Shown here piece after piece: positions 22,775 through 32,057 of a DNA stretch of 64,000 bases. Under the pieces are notes generated by a model that saw nothing but the letters and a program-made list of their open reading frames with translations, was not told the DNA's origin and ran no database searches. Source of the DNA: an uncultured Planctomycetia bacterium (GTDB lineage Bacteria > Omnitrophota > Gorgyraeia > Gorgyraeales > Gorgyraeaceae); NCBI GenBank assembly GCA_964566255.1, contig CAZMID010000004.1, positions 3,441 to 67,440 of the forward strand. The letters are read 5' to 3'. How positions within the stretch are numbered: position 1 is the stretch's first letter; each line of letters begins with the position of its first letter. A program made the position numbers and the translations under genes.

Positions 22775-23631
22775 TACTTTTTATACCCCCACGCAACCCA
22801 ACCAGCTCTATCTTTTATTCTTGTAACATTAATATCCCGAAATCCACACTTAGCAAAAATATCATAAAGTTCTCGTTTGCTAAATCTATGTTCTATCGGC
22901 GCATTGAAGCGATCATAGAGATCTCCTCGCAATGAAAAAAGACTAGTTCCGAAATTAAAAGGTATTCTATCAGCAAGACATCGCGTAACCTTAAAACATC
23001 TCAATATCTTTGATGGTAATGAAAATAAGATAAAAACAAAAGGGGAAAAGATCCAGGACAATACATAAAATTTTGCCGGAGGTATCTTAACTGTAATATT
23101 CCTTATTTTGGTTATTATCTTCACAGCTATATATTTCATAATATTCTCGGAATGATCCTCGTAAAGATATAAAAAAACAGGGCTTGCTTTTCTCAGAACT
23201 CTAGCTATCTCTAAAAGTCCCTTTATGGGGCTAGCAACATGATGTAATACGCCAAAGGAGTACGCAAAATCAAAAATGTCACCTTTTGTGGGTATATCTA
23301 AAGCAGAACACCTTATCACATTGACATTACCCAACTTAGAAGTTAACTCTCTGGTTTTGTATACACCGTCACTTATATCTATGCTTACTATATTAACAGA
23401 AGGATTGTTCTTCGCCATGATATAAGTATCATATCCACATCCTGAGCCCACTTCTATACCCCTTCTGCCTCTAACCAATGATTCGGTAACTACTTCCTGC
23501 ACACTATTAAAATGCCATCTTTCAGGAGGCGATGTATCCTTATCTTTTTTCCACATAAATCCATACATCTTTTCTGTCTTTTTTGCACTATCCATAATCC
23601 CTCTATCAATCCTTTTTTCAATTGATATCAT
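22774..23631 (-). CDS. Class I SAM-dependent methyltransferase
   Basis: EVGSGCG, FDFAYSFGVLHH. Confidence 0.85.
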   Translation of the reverse strand: MISIEKRIDRGIMDSAKKTEKMYGFMWKKDKDTSPPERWHFNSVQEVVTESLVRGRRGIEVGSGCGYDTYIMAKNNPSVNIVSIDISDGVYKTRELTSKLGNVNVIRCSALDIPTKGDIFDFAYSFGVLHHVASPIKGLLEIARVLRKASPVFLYLYEDHSENIMKYIAVKIITKIRNITVKIPPAKFYVLSWIFSPFVFILFSLPSKILRCFKVTRCLADRIPFNFGTSLFSLRGDLYDRFNAPIEHRFSKRELYDIFAKCGFRDINVTRIKDRAGWVAWGYKK

Positions 23632-25178
23632 AAAGCATATTTTAATCTCGGCATTAGCTTAACAGCTATACCCTTCATTAGCCTAGCATCTAACATCTGT
23701 ACCCAATGGCGATTATCCGGAGGTAAAGAATTTATATAATCATTTACTTCACCAACTCTTAATTTAAAAAGAATATCCTTTTCAGAATCATATATACTGA
23801 TGTAACTTGTTACCTTGTCTTTTATGTTATATTTTGTATCTATTAAATAGCCATTTATATATTTATGTCTTTTATTCAAAGATTTTGCCGAAATATCTTT
23901 ATTTACTACTAGCTTGAATATGCGATCTACTACCCAGTCTTCAGATAAAAACTCTATATGGCTGATCGGACCGTATTTGCTATATTGACTGCCTGATACA
24001 TAAATAATCTTATCTTCTCGGTATCTATTAAGGTCTTGATTGTCCTTTATATTAGCTATAACCATTTGCTGGTGGAGATTCCAATTTTTCCAATGGTCTG
24101 AGATGCCTAAAATTGTAAAGATCACTAGAGTGAAAACCAATGTCTTTATCTTTTTTGATACAGGTATCAAGACAATAAGATATGACAATAATAATGATCC
24201 ATAAATAGTAACCCTATTACCAAGATTAAAAGCAAGCTGAGGGTAGCGGCCGGTAACAGCAAACATCAAAAAAGAAGAAAACAACAAAACTAACAGGCTT
24301 ATAATAAGCTTTGAATTATATTCTTTATTGTCTTCTTGGGCTATTCTATAAAAAATTATTACAGATAAAACTCCTATTACAAATGACAGTATTGATAATT
24401 GAGAAAAAGAAAAATATATCTTTAGCCACATTGAAGGACCAAACATCGAATCCACAAAGGTCAGGGCCTGTAATGCAAATTGTTTAATTGCAGCGAGGAC
24501 AGTTAATTTTTCAATTATTCGAGGAGCCCCTAAATGAAATATCATATTGATAGAGATAAAATATAATGCATAGATAATATTGGGAATAATTATAACAGCT
24601 CCTTTTTTAAACTCTTTATCTAATGCAAACAAAATAAAGAGCGATAAGGCAATTGGAGTAGAGCCATAAGACATAAATGACGCGACCAATGCTAATAAAA
24701 AAGCTCGTATCAGCTTATTACTATATGCTAAATAAAAAGAAAATAAATATAAACAAAATGATGTGGCAATATATTGCGACATAAAGTTATATACAGTACC
24801 GTCGTGCGAAGGAAAAAAAATAAAGAGAAAAGACATCCAAAACGCAGTATATTTATCCAGAAAAATCCTAAAGAACGGCAATATCAAACAAAAACCTAAG
24901 ATAATAGAAAATATTTTTACTATATTAACAGCTATTTGATTATCTAGTCGAAACCAATAGTACCATATATAATGCGCTAGATGTTGCATCGGCGTCGTAA
25001 TAAAATAACCATCTGGAATCAATACATCCTTTAGGCCCCTACCTTTGAGTCTCAGCATTGCATCAAAATCATCGGAGATAATGCCTGTATTGATCAAAAG
25101 ATAAGCAATTAAAATAAGATATAAAAAAAATATCAAATTTTTAGTCTTAAAAACTCTTCTCATAAATCTTTCTAACAA
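23628..25178 (-). CDS. Polytopic membrane protein, possible GT-C-fold glycosyltransferase
   Basis: About 10-11 hydrophobic segments, SDD after the first TM, soluble C-terminal domain. Start may be ATG 25163. Confidence 0.55.
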   Translation of the reverse strand: MLERFMRRVFKTKNLIFFLYLILIAYLLINTGIISDDFDAMLRLKGRGLKDVLIPDGYFITTPMQHLAHYIWYYWFRLDNQIAVNIVKIFSIILGFCLILPFFRIFLDKYTAFWMSFLFIFFPSHDGTVYNFMSQYIATSFCLYLFSFYLAYSNKLIRAFLLALVASFMSYGSTPIALSLFILFALDKEFKKGAVIIIPNIIYALYFISINMIFHLGAPRIIEKLTVLAAIKQFALQALTFVDSMFGPSMWLKIYFSFSQLSILSFVIGVLSVIIFYRIAQEDNKEYNSKLIISLLVLLFSSFLMFAVTGRYPQLAFNLGNRVTIYGSLLLSYLIVLIPVSKKIKTLVFTLVIFTILGISDHWKNWNLHQQMVIANIKDNQDLNRYREDKIIYVSGSQYSKYGPISHIEFLSEDWVVDRIFKLVVNKDISAKSLNKRHKYINGYLIDTKYNIKDKVTSYISIYDSEKDILFKLRVGEVNDYINSLPPDNRHWVQMLDARLMKGIAVKLMPRLKYAL

Positions 25179-25187
25179 TAATTCTAT

Positions 25188-26348
25188 TTAACCGCATTCA
25201 AAATACTTATCATAAGTAACACGTGGTAAAATATTAAGCCATGATAACATTCTTATTACAGGTTTCATGGATTTAATATAATTATAACTTGTAGGATAAT
25301 CTCGAAAGGTTTTTATTGGCTCTGTCATATACCTATCAAACTCTTCACGGCTAAGCCCTAGACGATTAATACAAAGCTCTATAACCTTAGGGTCCTCAAT
25401 AACATAAACTTCTTTAACCCTGTTTAAGGCTTCGTCTCTTGGCATCTGATGCGACCTGATTAATGCAGAATAATTAAATCTGCGTCTATCTATATTGAAT
25501 TTAACTCTATAAACATAAGTCATCAAGCTCTGGTATAAGTCATCGTAATAATGGGCGCCAGTATATACCCAATCAAGTTCTCTTTTGATAATTTCTTCAG
25601 CATCCTTTCTAATATAATTAACATAATAAAGTATGGGGATGGTTTTTATCTGCTTCAATACTGAATAGTAAAACATATGGAAAATATCCAAATTAAACCC
25701 TGGATCTTCAGGTCTCCACTTTTTGAGTCTAATGGTTCCAAATCTTTTATGTACATTTCTTAAGTAAACTCCGTCTAAATAGTTCCACTCCAATGGACTT
25801 ATTCCTTCTGTCCTAAATGACTGTCCGATAAGAACGTATTTTATATTCTCTTTTACGGCAACACCGTACAATGCTGTCGCAATACCAATATCTGCACCTT
25901 CTTCGAGATCTGGCGTAGAGGCCTTTAAAAAAGCAATCCTTATGTCTTTTGACTCACGCCAGTCTGATGTAACAATCCGTAAGTCTATATTTAGTTTTTT
26001 AGTTGCTTTTTTCATATTCTCGACTGCTATTGGATTCCCAAAGCCATCATTAAAGTGAACTGCCAGTAGTCTTAAGCCCAACTGTTTTAATAAATAAAGT
26101 GTATATGTACTATCTCTTCCTCCACTAATACCCAATATGCAGTCATATTTATCGTCTTTACCTTTTCTTCTGATATTCTCAATAATTTTTTTAAACCTTT
26201 TTTCTCCCTCTTTATTTAAAGTATATTCTTTGTCCAGTTTATCGTGTAGTTTACAATAATTACATTCTCCTTTATCATCAAATTTAACTGCCGGTACCGT
26301 TGTGTCGATTATACATCTTGAACAGAATACCCTTTCCTTATTATGCAT
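25188..26348 (-). CDS. N-acetyl sugar amidotransferase (WbpG/WbuX-like, PP-loop)
   Basis: CSRC...CNYC, YDCILGISGGRDS PP-loop. Confidence 0.85.
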   Translation of the reverse strand: MHNKERVFCSRCIIDTTVPAVKFDDKGECNYCKLHDKLDKEYTLNKEGEKRFKKIIENIRRKGKDDKYDCILGISGGRDSTYTLYLLKQLGLRLLAVHFNDGFGNPIAVENMKKATKKLNIDLRIVTSDWRESKDIRIAFLKASTPDLEEGADIGIATALYGVAVKENIKYVLIGQSFRTEGISPLEWNYLDGVYLRNVHKRFGTIRLKKWRPEDPGFNLDIFHMFYYSVLKQIKTIPILYYVNYIRKDAEEIIKRELDWVYTGAHYYDDLYQSLMTYVYRVKFNIDRRRFNYSALIRSHQMPRDEALNRVKEVYVIEDPKVIELCINRLGLSREEFDRYMTEPIKTFRDYPTSYNYIKSMKPVIRMLSWLNILPRVTYDKYFECG

Positions 26349-27270
26349 CTGACCTTTTTTCTATAAAAAATAACGGACGTTTGCGCGACTCATTGAGATT
26401 CCGCCATAGATATTCGCCTATTACACCTAACATTAGCATATGTATACCGCTAATAAGTAAAATTGCCAACATTATTAATGACCAGCTCTCTGGTGGACTA
26501 CCCATAATAGCCTTTACCATCATAGATATTGCATACAAAAGGCTAATTAATATAACAAACACTCCTATAATAGACATCAAACTCAAAGGTAAACCAGAAA
26601 ATCCCATTAGCCAATCCTTTGCAAGGCGTAGTTGAAAGTTAAAATTCCATTTGGATCTTCCTGATTTACGAATGCGACGTTCGTACTCTACGGAATCTTG
26701 TTTAAAACCTAGCCATATTATAAGACCAAAAAGAGAGGTATTTCGCTCTAGACAGTTATTAACTGCATTTGTAACCATACGGTCTAATAGGCAAAAATCA
26801 GCTCTAGATATATCAATATCAGTCTCTCCTGCCCCCCCAAGCCATGCCAAAAGTTTATAAAAAACTTGAGCTGGTTTTCGAATATGCCACGGTTCTTTGC
26901 CCCTCGTCTTTCTAAGGGCCCAAACAACATTAACTCCACTGCTATACTTCTTTAGCATATCTTTAAGACAGCTAGGATCTTCTTGTCCATCAGCTGAAAT
27001 ACATAATACTGCTTCGCCAGTGGCTTCTTTTATTCCAGCGCGCAATGCAGTATGACTGCCACATCGCCTACTCAACCTCAAACACGATATCCTTAAATCA
27101 TTTATCTTGCTAATAATATCGAATGTATTATCCGAAGAATGATCATCTACTACTATAATCTGAAACTCCTCAATATCTGAAATAGATCCAAAAACTGATA
27201 TTAATTCTTCGATAGTGCCTTTGATGTTTTTCTCTTCGTTACAAGCGGGGATTACAACAGATAGTTTCAT
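26341..27270 (-). CDS. GT2 polyprenyl-phosphate glycosyltransferase (GtrB/ArnC-like)
   Basis: VIPACNEE, DDHSSD, ADGQEDP, two C-terminal TM helices, GEYLWR. Confidence 0.85.
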   Translation of the reverse strand: MKLSVVIPACNEEKNIKGTIEELISVFGSISDIEEFQIIVVDDHSSDNTFDIISKINDLRISCLRLSRRCGSHTALRAGIKEATGEAVLCISADGQEDPSCLKDMLKKYSSGVNVVWALRKTRGKEPWHIRKPAQVFYKLLAWLGGAGETDIDISRADFCLLDRMVTNAVNNCLERNTSLFGLIIWLGFKQDSVEYERRIRKSGRSKWNFNFQLRLAKDWLMGFSGLPLSLMSIIGVFVILISLLYAISMMVKAIMGSPPESWSLIMLAILLISGIHMLMLGVIGEYLWRNLNESRKRPLFFIEKRSDA

Positions 27271-27285
27271 AATAACCTTCCTTAG

Positions 27286-28218
27286 TTACTTGCCTAGGGT
27301 AGTTGCTATTGAAGAAAAAACTTCCCTTGCTTCGACAGGATCCTCTGTAGTAGATGCAATTCTATTTAAGATGATTTGACCTGTACCACATAACACCAAA
27401 ATGCCATTATCCAGAACAGATACCACCCTACCCGGGGTGTTCCCTTCATATCTTAACTGGTTACGAGGCAAAGAAGCTCTCTCGATTATAAACTTTTCAC
27501 CATTGTACTTAGTCCATGCACACGGATATGGAGGTGAAAGCGCTCTTATCAAATTAAAAATATTTGCTGCAGATTTAGTCCAATTAATTTCGCCATCTTC
27601 TGGAACCCTTTTGCAGGTATAAGTCGCCTGCGTTTCATCCTGATCACGCCATTCTAATGTGCCTTTCTCTAAAGTGCAGAGAAAATCTTTATATAGTTCC
27701 ACAGTGGCCTTGTTAATACGCGGATAAACATCGGTAGCTACCTCCTCGTCTCCTATCTCAACAGTCTTCTGCTTGAATATTTTTCCTGAATCAACAGCGC
27801 CATCATCAATCTTAAAAAGAGTTACGCCTGTTTGTTTTTCGCCGTTGATGATTGCCCAATTTAATGGGGCAAAACCACGATATCTCGGTAGAAGCGAATC
27901 GTGGGCAGCTATACACCCTATAGGAATATTTTTATAAATAAATGACGGGATCAATGTCCTCCATCCACAAACAAAAGCAACATCAGGTTTAAATTCTAGT
28001 ATCTTAGAAAGGTTTCCAGAATCAAGCCGCTTACAAACTGTGACTGGAATATTATGTTGACTGCAAAGTTCTTTCAGATCTCCTGAAACCTTAATAATCT
28101 CATGTTTATCCTCTTCCAATATATACGCATAAACAATATTCTTACCTAAGGCTATCAACATTTCCATTAAGTTAAGTCCTCGCCTTGTCCCTCCTATAAA
28201 TAAAATCCTCTGGCTCAT
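27286..28218 (-). CDS. Sugar N-formyltransferase (Fmt/ArnA-N-like)
   Basis: HDSLLPRYRGFAPLNWAIING, VDSG, IRALSPPYP. Confidence 0.82.
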   Translation of the reverse strand: MSQRILFIGGTRRGLNLMEMLIALGKNIVYAYILEEDKHEIIKVSGDLKELCSQHNIPVTVCKRLDSGNLSKILEFKPDVAFVCGWRTLIPSFIYKNIPIGCIAAHDSLLPRYRGFAPLNWAIINGEKQTGVTLFKIDDGAVDSGKIFKQKTVEIGDEEVATDVYPRINKATVELYKDFLCTLEKGTLEWRDQDETQATYTCKRVPEDGEINWTKSAANIFNLIRALSPPYPCAWTKYNGEKFIIERASLPRNQLRYEGNTPGRVVSVLDNGILVLCGTGQIILNRIASTTEDPVEAREVFSSIATTLGK

Positions 28219-29474
28219 CAGGCTATCTCCTTTATGCGATTTATTATATATACTATCTCTTTCTTGGTGATCCCATTAAAAATAGGAAGAAGAATAACTG
28301 AATTCAATGCTAATTCAGAGCTTTCTAATGAAATATTTGATGTATAGGCCTTTTCCTGGTGAGCATTGATGATTCCACGTCGAGTCGAAATACCATTATC
28401 AAGCAGACGTTGCATGATTTCATTGCGGCTTAATGGGGCATTATCTAATATTCTTACCGGATAGCTTTGCCAATTAGACTTACAATAAATATCTTCCTGG
28501 GGCAATTTCAACCACGGTACATCTTTAAGCTTCTTACGATAAATATCGGCTATTTTCTTACGCTCTGATATCATGCGGGAGACCTTCTTTAACTGTACAA
28601 TGCCTATCGCAGCATGTATATCCGACATTCGATAGTTATAACCAGTAGTCACATATTCCTCAAAAATAACTTTCTTTGAGTTATGTCTTACTGTATCTAA
28701 TATGCTCATACCATGATGCCTGAGTAATTTAATCTTAGAATTATAATCAGAATTATTGGTAGTAATCATTCCTCCTTCACCAGTGGTAATTATTTTTCTG
28801 GGATGAAAACTAAAACAAGCAATATCTCCATGGGGCTTACCAAGCTTATCCCAAGTCTTTCCTTTATCCATAGAAATCTCGCTTCCAACAGCACATGCAG
28901 CATCTTCAACAACAGGAAGATTAAATTTGCGGGCAAGGGGTAAGATTTTATTCAAATCACAAGGCATCCCCATTTGATGAACAGGCATAATAGCTGCTAC
29001 ACGGCCCAAATTAAGAGAATGACTAGAATTTTTAATATTGGAAAAATATCGTAATGGGGACTCTTTCGTTATAACCTCTGAAATTTTTTTATAATATAAG
29101 CAACCATCTCGAACTTCACATTCTCCATTAAGAAAACTTTCTAGGCATTGGGCAGACATATTGAAAGTATTTAAATCAATATCAACAAAAACTGGCTCTG
29201 CCCCGCAATGCCGTACACTGTTAGCTGTTGCAATAAAAGAATGACTTGGGGTTATAACTACATTGCCTGGCTTAACTCCTATTACAATAAGAGCTAGATG
29301 TAAAGCAGCCGTACAGTTTGAAACACAACAAGCATAGCGAGAAGAGACATAAGATGCAAAGGCTTCTTCGAATTGCCGTACTTTTGGACCTTGCGTTATC
29401 CAGCCAGAACAAAGAGATTTGCTTACAGCAGCTATATCTTTTTTGTCAATAAATGGCTTTGAAATAGGTATCAT
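28218..29474 (-). CDS. DegT/DnrJ sugar aminotransferase with internal insertion
   Basis: MIPISKP start (ATGA coupling at 29474), NCTAALH, EDAACA, FSFHPRKIITTGEGG. Confidence 0.88.
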   Translation of the reverse strand: MIPISKPFIDKKDIAAVSKSLCSGWITQGPKVRQFEEAFASYVSSRYACCVSNCTAALHLALIVIGVKPGNVVITPSHSFIATANSVRHCGAEPVFVDIDLNTFNMSAQCLESFLNGECEVRDGCLYYKKISEVITKESPLRYFSNIKNSSHSLNLGRVAAIMPVHQMGMPCDLNKILPLARKFNLPVVEDAACAVGSEISMDKGKTWDKLGKPHGDIACFSFHPRKIITTGEGGMITTNNSDYNSKIKLLRHHGMSILDTVRHNSKKVIFEEYVTTGYNYRMSDIHAAIGIVQLKKVSRMISERKKIADIYRKKLKDVPWLKLPQEDIYCKSNWQSYPVRILDNAPLSRNEIMQRLLDNGISTRRGIINAHQEKAYTSNISLESSELALNSVILLPIFNGITKKEIVYIINRIKEIA

Positions 29475-30460
29475 CTGGTTTGACTTCCAACTTTTTCTTG
29501 TGTCTTTAACCATTCGATTAATCTTACGAGCCCTTCCTTTAAATGAAACTTTGGCTTAAATCCCATAATTTTATATGCCTTAGAAATATCTGCCCAACGT
29601 CTTAGTATTTCTACTTTTTTAATATTTTCGGAAATAGGTACATACTTGGGTTTTAGATTTACTTCCATTGCTTCTATCAATAAACGACATAATTCTTCTA
29701 GAGATGTTTCGATGCCGCTGGCTATATTAAAAACCTCATCACTAATTTCTGTTCTGAGTGCTAAAATAGTAGCCCGAGCAACATCTTCGATGTAAACAAA
29801 ATCCATGGTTTGTTTTCCATCACCATAAATTAAAGGCTCTCTGCCATCTTTTATTAAATCATACCATCGTATCATTACCTCAGTATATCTACCATGTATA
29901 TCCATGCGAGGCCCATATATATTAAAATATCTCAAGGCTACATAGTTCAAGCCATACATGTGATAAAAAGAACGTAACATTAACTCATTTGCCATCTTAG
30001 CCGAACCATATAACGTAATACTATTATAAGGATGATGATCTTCCTTTGTTGGAAATGCATCAGCCAAACCATATACTGAAGCAGAAGAAGCCGCAACGAC
30101 TTTCTTTATGTTATATTTTACGCACGCCTCTAATACATTAAATGTCCCTTCAAGCATCACCTGAATTGCCTCTCTGGGTTCAGCAACACAATGAGTTATA
30201 CGTAGTGCGGCCATATGAAAGCAATAATCTATACCTTGAAAAAGTTCATGTAATAAAACACGATCCCTTATATCTCCTTCCCTAAACCTTATCTTCTCTG
30301 ATGACAATATATTCTTAATATTGTTTTTTGACCCACGGCTAAGATTGTCTAAAATTATAATCTCTTTAACGCCTTGGTTTAAAAGTTGATCTGCAATAAA
30401 AGATCCTACAAATCCTGCCCCGCCTGTAATTAATACTCTGCTATCTTTAAGTTCATTCAT
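29471..30460 (-). CDS. NAD-dependent nucleotide-sugar epimerase/dehydratase
   Basis: TGGAGFVG, SSASVYG, YGSAK, RYFNIYGP. Confidence 0.88.
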   Translation of the reverse strand: MNELKDSRVLITGGAGFVGSFIADQLLNQGVKEIIILDNLSRGSKNNIKNILSSEKIRFREGDIRDRVLLHELFQGIDYCFHMAALRITHCVAEPREAIQVMLEGTFNVLEACVKYNIKKVVAASSASVYGLADAFPTKEDHHPYNSITLYGSAKMANELMLRSFYHMYGLNYVALRYFNIYGPRMDIHGRYTEVMIRWYDLIKDGREPLIYGDGKQTMDFVYIEDVARATILALRTEISDEVFNIASGIETSLEELCRLLIEAMEVNLKPKYVPISENIKKVEILRRWADISKAYKIMGFKPKFHLKEGLVRLIEWLKTQEKVGSQTR

Positions 30461-30461
30461 C

Positions 30462-30971
30462 TTATTGTGAACCGATAAAATCGGTATCCCCTTCTACTTT
30501 TCTCATAAATCTTGCTGGATTGCCTACCCAAAGTTCTCCAGAAGGAATATCTTTCGTAACAACACTTCCTGCACCAATAATCGCCCCATCTCCAATAACC
30601 ACATTACCTAAGATAGTTACATTACTACCAACTGATACATTATTCCCAATGTCTATCCTGACTAATCTACCTGCCCAATCTGCATCGTTTTCAATACTAC
30701 CATCTCTATTTGTTGCCCTTGGATAATTATCGTTTATAAACATTACGCCGTGTCCTACAAAACAATTATCCCCTATCTTTACCCCTTCGCATATAAATGT
30801 ATGGCTTGAAACCTTACAATTCTTGCCAACTGTCGCATTTTTCTGTATCTCTACTAAAGCGCCTATCTTCGTATTATCACCGATCGAACAACCGTAAAGA
30901 TTAATGAAGTTTGAAAGCTTTACATTCTTTCCTAATTTAACATCTTTAGATATAGACATATATTTATTCAT
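30462..30971 (-). CDS. Hexapeptide-repeat N-acetyltransferase (WbpD/WlbB-like)
   Basis: Left-handed beta-helix repeats, SSHTFICEGV, GAGSVVTKD, GNPAR. Confidence 0.85.
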   Translation of the reverse strand: MNKYMSISKDVKLGKNVKLSNFINLYGCSIGDNTKIGALVEIQKNATVGKNCKVSSHTFICEGVKIGDNCFVGHGVMFINDNYPRATNRDGSIENDADWAGRLVRIDIGNNVSVGSNVTILGNVVIGDGAIIGAGSVVTKDIPSGELWVGNPARFMRKVEGDTDFIGSQ

Positions 30972-31972
30972 AACTTAACCTGATTTCCTTTATCCTTCAA
31001 TGACTTATCTGCTGCCTCAAGCATCCTCACTATCCTCAAACCCGCCTCGCCATCATTAATTGGCGTTTTATTGTTCAAAATACAGTCAATGAAATATTCT
31101 GTCTCGAGCTTCAAGGCCTCTGTATGGTCTATGCGCGGTGACCACATGTCGCCGGAACGATATTCAACCAACAGCTTATATATACCTTCCTTGTTTTCAA
31201 TCCTCACGCCTTTATCGTATACCTTAATCTTTTCATTTGTCTCCAAATCATTCCAAAGCAACATCTTTTTCTCACCACCAATCAGAGCAGTCCTAATTTT
31301 AACCGGTGACAGCCAGTTTATATTAAAATGAGCTATCATATTATTATTGAAATGTGCCACAATATATGCAATGTTTTCCAGTTTCTGACCAAAATGCCTC
31401 GCACCAATCGCTGAAATTGCAACAGGTTTTTCTTTTATGAGGTAATCCATTATAGACAAATCATGAGGGGCAAGATCCCAAACTACATTTACATCGTGCT
31501 GAAAAAGTCCCAAGTTTATCCTAGTAGAATCATAGTAACATAAACCTCCTAACATATTATCATCTATTAATGCTTTGATTTTTCTTACGGCTCCGGTAAA
31601 AAGAAAGGTATGGTCAACCATGATCTTAAGTCTTTTTTTATCGGCTAGTTCTATTAACTCTTCTGCCTCGCTCACCTTTAATGTAAATGGTTTTTCAACA
31701 AAGATGTGTTTTCCGTTCTGAAGTGCCTCCTTAGCCAAAGCAAAATGAGTAACTACAGGAGTGATAATAGCTACAACATCTACATCTTTAGAAGTTACTA
31801 TATCGCGGTAATCAGTAAAAATCTTTAAATGCTCATACGTCTTTTTAGCGCGTTCTAAAGCATGAGGATCTACATCACAAACTGAGACAGTCCTTACCTC
31901 TTCAATCGAACTAAAATTGCGGACTATATGGGGGCCCCAATATCCATAGCCTATTACACCTATATTAATCAT
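30968..31972 (-). CDS. Gfo/Idh/MocA oxidoreductase (WbpB/WlbA-like sugar 3-dehydrogenase)
   Basis: GYGYWG, VEKP, DLAPHD. Confidence 0.85.
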   Translation of the reverse strand: MINIGVIGYGYWGPHIVRNFSSIEEVRTVSVCDVDPHALERAKKTYEHLKIFTDYRDIVTSKDVDVVAIITPVVTHFALAKEALQNGKHIFVEKPFTLKVSEAEELIELADKKRLKIMVDHTFLFTGAVRKIKALIDDNMLGGLCYYDSTRINLGLFQHDVNVVWDLAPHDLSIMDYLIKEKPVAISAIGARHFGQKLENIAYIVAHFNNNMIAHFNINWLSPVKIRTALIGGEKKMLLWNDLETNEKIKVYDKGVRIENKEGIYKLLVEYRSGDMWSPRIDHTEALKLETEYFIDCILNNKTPINDGEAGLRIVRMLEAADKSLKDKGNQVKL

Positions 31973-31998
31973 ATTTCCCCCTTATTTATAAGGTATAT

Positions 31999-32004
31999 AT
32001 TATA
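31999..32004 (-). promoter_or_regulatory. Possible internal promoter -10 box
   Basis: Perfect TATAAT in the longest intergenic gap of the glycan locus, followed by an AAGGGGG RBS; -35 match is poor. Confidence 0.35.
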
Positions 32005-32057
32005 CACTGATTAAAACAGAAAAGACACCCAATTTAATTGTGAAGCTGTTACTAGCA

